DNA of 28,944 nt, taken from positions 1 through 28,944 of IMG/VR virus record IMGVR_UViG_3300000928_000178; one strand, written 5' to 3'. The stretch's first letter is position 1. The number at the start of each line of letters is the position of its first letter. Shown here one piece after another: positions 9,037-14,107 of the stretch. The notes under the pieces are model-generated. The model ran no database searches. It saw only the letters and a list, made by a program, of their open reading frames with translations, and had not been told where the DNA came from. A program made the position numbers and the translations under genes. Source of the stretch: a virus.

Positions 9037-9528
9037 ATGCCCCAAACCCAACAAAACACAAAAATTCTACGCCTTAAAAGCAGTTTTAACAGAGCACTAA
9101 CATTAGACAAATACAAGCAGTTAGTTCACTTTGTAATAGTAAAAAAATTAAAAGCACACTGTCCAGGAGACTATGTTTGTTACAGATTCTATACAAATTG
9201 TGTAGGTGTTGCAACAAGTGAACCAGATATAAATGAATGGCTCTCACTTCACGACTTAGGTAGTAGACCAGTAATTACTAAAAAACTTAATACTTCAGGC
9301 AAAGTGTTAGCACAAGCAAAACAAAATGGATTTACCAGTCTTGGGTTTGCTGACGGTATAATGCAAAGCAGTGAAAATTTACAAGATGAAATTATGCGTT
9401 TATTAGACAGCGGTCAAACACTTACAAATATTGCTAACAATTTAGGTTGCACAACTGCAAACATATATTACCACAGAAAGAGATACAAAGAACGTATGAA
9501 CAAGCAATTAGAGGTTGACAAAACCTAG
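9037..9528 (+). CDS. DNA-binding protein with a C-terminal Hin/resolvase-type helix-turn-helix
   Basis: A 163-aa ORF. EIMRLLDSGQTLTNIANNLGCTTANIYYHRKRY looks like an HTH_7-type motif. I see no serine-recombinase catalytic domain in the N-terminal part. Confidence 0.6.
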   Translation: MPQTQQNTKILRLKSSFNRALTLDKYKQLVHFVIVKKLKAHCPGDYVCYRFYTNCVGVATSEPDINEWLSLHDLGSRPVITKKLNTSGKVLAQAKQNGFTSLGFADGIMQSSENLQDEIMRLLDSGQTLTNIANNLGCTTANIYYHRKRYKERMNKQLEVDKT

Positions 9529-9544
9529 TTTATACTGTATAAAT
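9515..9544 (+). promoter_or_regulatory. Promoter P0 (sigma70-like)
   Basis: TTGACA (9515-9520), 17 nt, then TATAAA (9538-9543), or 18 nt to ATAAAT with a TG extension. It shares the GGTTGACAA...ACTGTATA context with P4 and P5. The -35 lies inside the 3' end of the HTH gene. The perfect palindrome TTTATAC-T-GTATAAA (9529-9543) overlaps the -10. Confidence 0.6.
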
Positions 9545-9549
9545 ATATA

Positions 9550-9753
9550 TAGTAAGTTAAAAAATAATCAATGATTACTCAGACATTCTCCAAATAATGT
9601 TCAATTTTAGCTTACAGTTGTATAAGGGTGATACTAGGATTCATTGCCTAGCTCCAACAAAATGTAACTGGAAACAGTGCCATATATATTAAAGCAGAAC
9701 TGCCCAATACTTTATACAATGATTCTAAAAAGGCGTCGAAAGGCGTCTTTTTT
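9550..9753 (+). ncRNA. Candidate small RNA or attenuated leader (P0 to terminator)
   Basis: An interval of about 200 nt bracketed by promoter P0 and an intrinsic terminator. It has no ORF of 60 aa or more. The only notable ORF is 31 aa (9597-9692) with no Shine-Dalgarno. An internal hairpin is CTAGG-ATTCATTG-CCTAG (9634-9651). Confidence 0.35.
9727..9753 (+). terminator. Intrinsic terminator with a GAAA tetraloop
   Basis: AAAAAGGCGUC-GAAA-GGCGUCUUUUUU. The 6-bp core has 4 Watson-Crick and 2 G-U pairs, is extended by A-U pairs, and is followed by a T6 tract. The same bases also read as a direct repeat AGGCGTC-GAA-AGGCGTC. Confidence 0.55.
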
Positions 9754-9754
9754 C

Positions 9755-9783
9755 TTGACAAATGCACCATTTTGTGCTATAAT
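9755..9783 (+). promoter_or_regulatory. Promoter P1 (perfect sigma70 consensus, extended -10)
   Basis: TTGACA (9755-9760), 17 nt, TGcTATAAT (TATAAT at 9778-9783). The spacer contains AAATG-CAC-CATTT. Confidence 0.8.
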
Positions 9784-9835
9784 GATAAATACATTAAGTA
9801 AAAGAATAAACTTTTACAATCTATAGGAGAAGACA

Positions 9836-10216
9836 GTGAGATATTATATTCTAAATTACACAAACGAAACTAGTGCTACGCACGGTAATGACTATTACCA
9901 TGTAAACATATGTAATGAAAACTTAGAAGAGTTTTGGACATATGTATATCCCTTTCAAAAAAACGGCAAGAAAATACACAATGCACAAACTTGGCTTAAT
10001 ATACTACAATGCAAAGAAGGTGTTGTAATAAGTAACCTAAAGTTATTGCCTAATAAGAAACATCTTATTAATGCCGACAGTATAAGACAAGCAAAACCGG
10101 AACAGTTATTTCCTACAAAGCAAGAAATGTATGATCATATAGGTGATTTAATTCACAAACGTGATGTTGAAAAACTTGAAAAACATTTTGATAATGATAT
10201 GTTTGATATAAGTTGA
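9836..10216 (+). CDS. Early hypothetical protein
   Basis: A 126-aa ORF with a GTG start 5 nt after AGGAGA, downstream of P1. I recognise no motif. Its TGA stop lies inside the -35 hexamer of P2. Confidence 0.7.
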   Translation: MRYYILNYTNETSATHGNDYYHVNICNENLEEFWTYVYPFQKNGKKIHNAQTWLNILQCKEGVVISNLKLLPNKKHLINADSIRQAKPEQLFPTKQEMYDHIGDLIHKRDVEKLEKHFDNDMFDIS

Positions 10217-10241
10217 CAAAAACAAATAACTATATTATAAT
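10213..10241 (+). promoter_or_regulatory. Promoter P2 (perfect sigma70 hexamers)
   Basis: TTGACA (10213-10218), 17 nt, TATAAT (10236-10241). Confidence 0.8.
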
Positions 10242-10247
10242 ACTAAC

Positions 10248-10620
10248 ATTGGCTAATACAAAACTAACACAGAACCCTTACATACCCTCCTTGACAACAC
10301 AGCATTGAAGGCTAGAGAAACACTAGTTTAGAAACTTGCTTGAGGGGTTGCGTTTTCCAACTAATGAAAACTGACTAGACATATGAATGCAACTGTAGGC
10401 AGAAAGCATTCTTAAAAATCACTGGTGTATGGTAAGCAGGAACGAGCCAAATGTCTTATAGTCTCTAAAAACACCCTAGGCTGTAGTAGCCTACTTATGA
10501 CTGAAGAGATCTAATAAGTTATATTATATAATAACAAATAAACCACATATAAATGTTTAATGTTCCACTTAAGAAGAGAAAAAAAATAAACAGAAAAAAC
10601 TCTTTAGAGTTTTGATGTTT
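10248..10620 (+). ncRNA. Candidate structured leader / ncRNA downstream of P2
   Basis: About 420 nt lie between P2 and the next start codon (10666), and the longest + strand ORF there is 20 codons. The 5' 270 nt look more GC-rich than the flanks and contain hairpins GAATGC-15 nt-GCATTC (10385-10411) and TAGGCT-GTAGT-AGCCTA (10477-10493). A possible helix pairs AACCCTT (10273-10279) with AGGGGTT (10343-10349). A weak hairpin plus T-run sits at 10596-10621. Confidence 0.3.
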
Positions 10621-10665
10621 TCTGTTGCCTGAAAGGGAACAGATTATAAAGGAGTAAATACTAAT

Positions 10666-10902
10666 ATGGTAATAGAAATATACAGCTATGAAGATGGCAT
10701 GAGATATGTAGACCAAAAGGAATATAAGGATTATTCTGAATGGGAAAAAGATTGGATGATAATGAAGTTTCGTGATGTTTGGACAGGACATAAAATCTAT
10801 GATATGAGCATGAAGGAATTCAGTAAACTATCACAAAAACAAAGAAACAACATGAACTGCAAAGCAGTATTTGACAGAGAAGCGTTTATACGCAAACACT
10901 AA
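10666..10902 (+). CDS. Early hypothetical protein
   Basis: A 78-aa ORF with an AAGGAG RBS. No motif recognised. Confidence 0.7.
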   Translation: MVIEIYSYEDGMRYVDQKEYKDYSEWEKDWMIMKFRDVWTGHKIYDMSMKEFSKLSQKQRNNMNCKAVFDREAFIRKH

Positions 10903-10913
10903 AGGAGAAAAAT

Positions 10914-11231
10914 ATGAATACAGATAGACTAAAACATTTTCGTAAATGGTGGAGAGTTAACCACCACAAAATACCAGCACATACTTGGTTGGTAAAACAT
11001 TCAAAACGAACTATGCACAATTACAATATAGCACCAGAACAATTTGATCATTGTAGAACTGTAATGAAAAGATGGAATTTAAGTGAATACAAACGCTTAA
11101 ATGCCAAAGATGCAGAGTTCTTATGGCGCTTAACACACCCTACTATTAACCAAAGACGTGAAAGATTACTAGCAACAGCTATGTTTTTTGAAGAACAACG
11201 CAAAGGTGTAGACAGAAAGTTTAGTAAATGA
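10914..11231 (+). CDS. Early hypothetical protein (basic)
   Basis: A 105-aa ORF with an AAGGAGA RBS, rich in Lys, Arg, His and Trp. No motif recognised. Confidence 0.7.
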   Translation: MNTDRLKHFRKWWRVNHHKIPAHTWLVKHSKRTMHNYNIAPEQFDHCRTVMKRWNLSEYKRLNAKDAEFLWRLTHPTINQRRERLLATAMFFEEQRKGVDRKFSK

Positions 11232-11413
11232 ATGATGCAGACCTACTGTTAGATAGAGTTCATAAAAAACTTAAGGCTTGGCAAAACATATACGAAGTCT
11301 TAGGGCAAGAATTTGAATATAGACGTCCTACAGAAGAAGAAATGGATCGTTATATAATACTTTATGTGGCACAAAGCTATAAAAAACCACCAAAAAAACC
11401 AAAAAAAGATTAA
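11228..11413 (+). CDS. Early hypothetical protein with a KKPPKKPKKD tail
   Basis: A 61-aa ORF with an ATGA overlap on the upstream gene. Confidence 0.6.
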   Translation: MNDADLLLDRVHKKLKAWQNIYEVLGQEFEYRRPTEEEMDRYIILYVAQSYKKPPKKPKKD

Positions 11414-11433
11414 ATTAATTTAAAATAAATTAT

Positions 11434-11462
11434 AACCCATTGAAATATATGGGTTTCTTTTT
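11434..11462 (+). terminator. Intrinsic terminator
   Basis: AACCCAT-TGAAATAT-ATGGGTT forms a 7-bp stem followed by TCTTTTT. Confidence 0.7.
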
Positions 11463-11473
11463 GTAGAAAAAGG

Positions 11474-11502
11474 TTGACAAAAGCAAGACATCTTGCTATA
11501 AT
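11474..11502 (+). promoter_or_regulatory. Promoter P3 (perfect consensus, extended -10) with a spacer palindrome
   Basis: TTGACA (11474-11479), 17 nt, TGcTATAAT (TATAAT at 11497-11502). The palindrome AGCAAGA-CA-TCTTGCT lies at 11482-11497. Confidence 0.8.
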
Positions 11503-11546
11503 ATATATATAACAATTAAGTTATAACAACAAACGGAGCGTAAATT

Positions 11547-12107
11547 ATGAGTAAGAAATTAAACGGTAAAGCAAAAGCAAAAGCAAGAGCAAAAGCATTT
11601 AAGGCAAAACAAGCGTCTAAGGCAACTAAGGCAACTGTTAAGAGTCTATTACACCCAAATACAGATCTTGTAGGGTTTTATTGGGGTTACAAAGCAAATG
11701 ATAATGTTAACGGCTTTGAATTTTCAAATATGACACTTGATGCAATGGGTATGTCTAGAGTAGATGCAATTCAAATGGGTGCACATTTTAAAGAATGTGC
11801 TGATAAACAAGTAAGCGTCTTAAAAACAAATAGGACTATGCAAGTGTATAATCAATCCAGAGAAGAGTTTGTTGCTGAAGAAAAAGCAAGAATGATTTGG
11901 GCAAGTAAAGAGTTAGCTAAGATGACTAAAGGTCCATTTCAGTTTAACAAAGATCTTATTCAAAATCTTATAATTTGGACCTGTGCTATTTCAACTTGTG
12001 TTGCAGCTGGTGTTTTAGAACAAGATGAATGGAATGGTGATAAGTTTAGTCATATTCAATGTGCTGATCCAAGTATTAGAGCAGCAATGTTTGGGGAAAC
12101 AGCGTAA
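11547..12107 (+). CDS. Early protein with a Lys/Ala-rich histone-H1-like N-terminus
   Basis: A 186-aa ORF. Its N-terminus is KAKAKARAKAFKAKQASKATKATVK and it ends in ...GETA. I do not recognise the C-terminal domain. Confidence 0.7.
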   Translation: MSKKLNGKAKAKARAKAFKAKQASKATKATVKSLLHPNTDLVGFYWGYKANDNVNGFEFSNMTLDAMGMSRVDAIQMGAHFKECADKQVSVLKTNRTMQVYNQSREEFVAEEKARMIWASKELAKMTKGPFQFNKDLIQNLIIWTCAISTCVAAGVLEQDEWNGDKFSHIQCADPSIRAAMFGETA

Positions 12108-12173
12108 TAAAAAGGTTGACAAGTAAGACATCTTACTGTATACTATAAGTATAGACAATAAAGTTTATAACAA
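12099..12173 (+). repeat. Promoter cassette copy B (near-identical to 12843-12917)
   Basis: The 75 nt ACAGCGTAATAAAAAGGTTGACAA.TAAGACATCTTA.TGTATACTATAAGTATAGACAATAAAGTTTAT.ACA differ from copy C at 3 positions. Confidence 0.9.
12116..12144 (+). promoter_or_regulatory. Promoter P4 with a spacer palindrome
   Basis: TTGACA (12116-12121), 17 nt, TGTATACT (TATACT at 12139-12144). The palindrome AGTAAGA-CA-TCTTACT lies at 12122-12137. A second inverted repeat, TATAC-TATAA-GTATA, lies at 12139-12153. Confidence 0.75.
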
Positions 12174-12191
12174 CAAAACGGAGAAATACAA

Positions 12192-12851
12192 ATGACAAAA
12201 CTAACAACACCACAAAACGCACTAACGCATGTTAAAGCATACATTTTTGAAATCATTCAACATCAAGAACGGGCTATGATGTGGATGAGTCCAGATTACA
12301 AAGCAGAATGTGAAAAATATGTTGGTGATGCGTCATCAAAAAGTTTACAAATAGCAAGTTTTGTTGATGAGTGTATACGTGATGCTAAAACTTTTGTAGA
12401 AGTAAAAAACATTCTTAAAGATATGTATAGCAAAGGACCAAATGCACCAGAGCGTTGTTATACACAAAGGATCTTTCCACTTATTGAAAAGTTTTACAAT
12501 GCAATGAAAAAGGTAGTTCCTAACCTTGAATACAAATCTCATGCTGGAACTGAATGCAGAGGCTGGTGGCGTGTGTTTGGTGAGATTTCAGGACATGATT
12601 CATATTTCTGTAGCTATGATCTTGGGCGTGATATTGGAATGGCAATTGATTTTAGAAATGCAGGTGCTATTACACAACAACAATACAACAACCACGTAAC
12701 AAAACGGACACTTAATATGCTAGGTTCTAAACGCTTCCAAACAAATGGACAGCCAGATGCAAAGTTAGTCTTAGGTTATCTTAAACCTGAATACCAAACT
12801 AATGAATATTTTGATATGCGTTTTGTTAATTGTGTAGAGGAGACAGCGTAA
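12192..12851 (+). CDS. Early hypothetical protein
   Basis: A 219-aa ORF with a GGAGA RBS, downstream of P4. It ends in ...EETA. No motif recognised. Confidence 0.75.
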   Translation: MTKLTTPQNALTHVKAYIFEIIQHQERAMMWMSPDYKAECEKYVGDASSKSLQIASFVDECIRDAKTFVEVKNILKDMYSKGPNAPERCYTQRIFPLIEKFYNAMKKVVPNLEYKSHAGTECRGWWRVFGEISGHDSYFCSYDLGRDIGMAIDFRNAGAITQQQYNNHVTKRTLNMLGSKRFQTNGQPDAKLVLGYLKPEYQTNEYFDMRFVNCVEETA

Positions 12852-12917
12852 TAAAAAGGTTGACAACTAAGACATCTTAGTGTATACTATAAGTATAGAC
12901 AATAAAGTTTATGACAC
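12843..12917 (+). repeat. Promoter cassette copy C (near-identical to 12099-12173)
   Basis: See copy B. The offset between the copies is 744 nt. Confidence 0.9.
12860..12888 (+). promoter_or_regulatory. Promoter P5 with a spacer palindrome
   Basis: TTGACA (12860-12865), 17 nt, TGTATACT (TATACT at 12883-12888). The palindrome ACTAAGA-CA-TCTTAGT lies at 12866-12881. Confidence 0.75.
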
Positions 12918-12931
12918 AAATGGAGAATACA

Positions 12932-13087
12932 ATGAATACATTAACCAAAAAAGAATTAATCCAAGCACTTACGTCAATTGTTGAACTTACACAAGAAGAC
13001 ATTGACGATTTGTGGGACAATCACAGTGAAAAAGAAGTTGCAGAAGTGTTATTATCGTATACCAAACTTAATGAGGAGACAGCGTAA
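12932..13087 (+). CDS. Small early protein (51 aa), absent from the ORF track
   Basis: ATG at 12932, preceded by a GGAGA RBS and downstream of P5. Translation: MNTLTKKELIQALTSIVELTQEDIDDLWDNHSEKEVAEVLLSYTKLNEETA. Its stop overlaps the next start (TAATG). Confidence 0.65.
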   Translation: MNTLTKKELIQALTSIVELTQEDIDDLWDNHSEKEVAEVLLSYTKLNEETA

Positions 13088-13434
13088 TGACAATTGATAA
13101 ATTCAAAGCAAATCAACAAGAAGAATTAATGATACAAAAATTAGCAGGCAAGGCAGCAGTGGTTGACTTCCTAGAACCTTTAAATGAACTACAAGATCTT
13201 GTTACAAAACTAGGTCAAAAACAAATGAGCAAGTTGAATGTAAGCAAAGAAGAAAAGACTGTTTTGGCTGCTTATAGAGAAGAACTTAATACACAGGTTA
13301 AAAACTTGCAACACATGGTGTATACAGTAGCAGATCAACTTGATGTTGATACAGCATCTTTAAGCACTCATTTAGATAACCTTACAAGAAAATTTGAATT
13401 TAAACTTTATATTATTAAAAAGGAGACAGCGTAA
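13087..13434 (+). CDS. Early hypothetical protein (coiled-coil-like)
   Basis: A 115-aa ORF, translationally coupled on both sides. It ends in ...KETA. Confidence 0.7.
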   Translation: MTIDKFKANQQEELMIQKLAGKAAVVDFLEPLNELQDLVTKLGQKQMSKLNVSKEEKTVLAAYREELNTQVKNLQHMVYTVADQLDVDTASLSTHLDNLTRKFEFKLYIIKKETA

Positions 13435-13664
13435 TGGCTAAAACAACTAAAAAAACTAAAACAACTGAAGCACCTAAGGAAGATGCAGTAAGTATAAGTA
13501 TTCAAGATATTGTGCTATCAGCAAATATCATTGACCTTGCTACACAACGTGGTGCATTTAAGGCCGGAGAAGCAAGTCAAGTAGGCGCATGCTTTGACAG
13601 ACTTGTGGCTTTTATCAAAGCAAATACACCAGAAGAAGAGGCACCAACAGAAGAAACAGCCTAA
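13434..13664 (+). CDS. Early hypothetical protein
   Basis: A 76-aa ORF with a basic, Thr/Lys-rich N-terminus and an acidic C-terminus ending in ...EETA. Confidence 0.7.
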   Translation: MAKTTKKTKTTEAPKEDAVSISIQDIVLSANIIDLATQRGAFKAGEASQVGACFDRLVAFIKANTPEEEAPTEETA

Positions 13665-13709
13665 AAGAATTGCGAGAGCAATAGTTTACTAGAGTTAGTA
13701 AACACTAAA

Positions 13710-13755
13710 CCCACAATAGACTTTTATGCTAAGAGTTCTCTATTGTGGGTTTTTT
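13710..13755 (+). terminator. Intrinsic terminator closing the early region
   Basis: CCCACAATAGA-18 nt-TCTATTGTGGG forms an 11-bp perfect stem followed by T6. Two more hairpins precede it: ATTGC-GAGA-GCAAT (13669-13682) and GTTTACT-AGAGTT-AGTAAAC (13684-13703). Confidence 0.8.
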
Positions 13756-13984
13756 CTTGACTGCCAAATCTTGCGTTATAAGAGACTTCGTAATTTAGAC
13801 TGCTATACACCTTAATGCCGCTTTATCTTACAAAAAAGGGCTAAATACTAAGGCTTATTAGACAGTGGGGGTTCTGCTCTAATACGCTGGCTCAGGAGTG
13901 TTACATTCCTTGTTGACTTCTGAGCTATTTCTTACGGTTTCAATTTGGATAAATAACATTGTAAAACAACAAGGAAATCATACC

Positions 13985-14107
13985 ATGAATGAATTAGACA
14001 AATTATTTAAAGCCCTAACAACCCTAACAAATCTTGCCATTATATATCTGTTTATCAGATGGAGTTATGAAGGGTTAGATTTCATATTAAGGAGTATATT
14101 AAGCTAA
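13985..14107 (+). CDS. Small membrane protein (40 aa)
   Basis: I prefer the ATG at 13985, 9 nt after AAGGA, over the GTG at 13898 in the track. It has one hydrophobic helix (LTTLTNLAIIYLFIRW). Its stop overlaps the next start (TAATG). Confidence 0.4.
   Translation: MNELDKLFKALTTLTNLAIIYLFIRWSYEGLDFILRSILS

Noticed and set aside
9037-9528. The Hin/resolvase-type HTH suggested a DNA invertase controlling fibre switching (Gin/Cin-like shufflon).
   Set aside because: The N-terminal part shows no serine-recombinase catalytic motif. The protein is only 163 aa. There are no inverted alternative fibre C-termini or inverted repeats flanking fibre segments, and everything is on one strand.
10622-10642. 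The hairpin CTGTTGCC-TGAAA-GGGAACAG resembles a lambdoid nut boxB (GCCCTGAAAAAGGGC).
   Set aside because: The stem has an internal G-G mismatch. The loop sequence differs from known boxB pentaloops. I see no boxA-like element or N-like Arg-rich protein. I keep it only as part of the P2-leader observation.
10519-10791. A 90-aa minus-strand ORF, extremely hydrophobic and Phe/Ile-rich, spanning the AT-rich tract and the start of gene 10666.
   Set aside because: It is a product of the AT-rich sequence. It overlaps a + strand gene that has a good RBS, and I see no promoter or RBS for it on the minus strand.
13756-13984. I searched the ORF-free intervals (also 9529-9835 and 10242-10665) for tRNA or tmRNA genes.
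   Set aside because: There is no GGTTCGAATCC-type T-arm, no cloverleaf-compatible acceptor stem, and no CCA-adjacent structure. The GGCTCAGG string at 13889 lacks the partner arms.
13898-13984. The GTG-initiated N-terminal extension of the 69-aa track ORF 13898..14107.
   Set aside because: No RBS precedes the GTG. The internal ATG at 13985 has an AAGGA RBS at good spacing. The extension would run through the probable late regulatory region. This call is uncertain.
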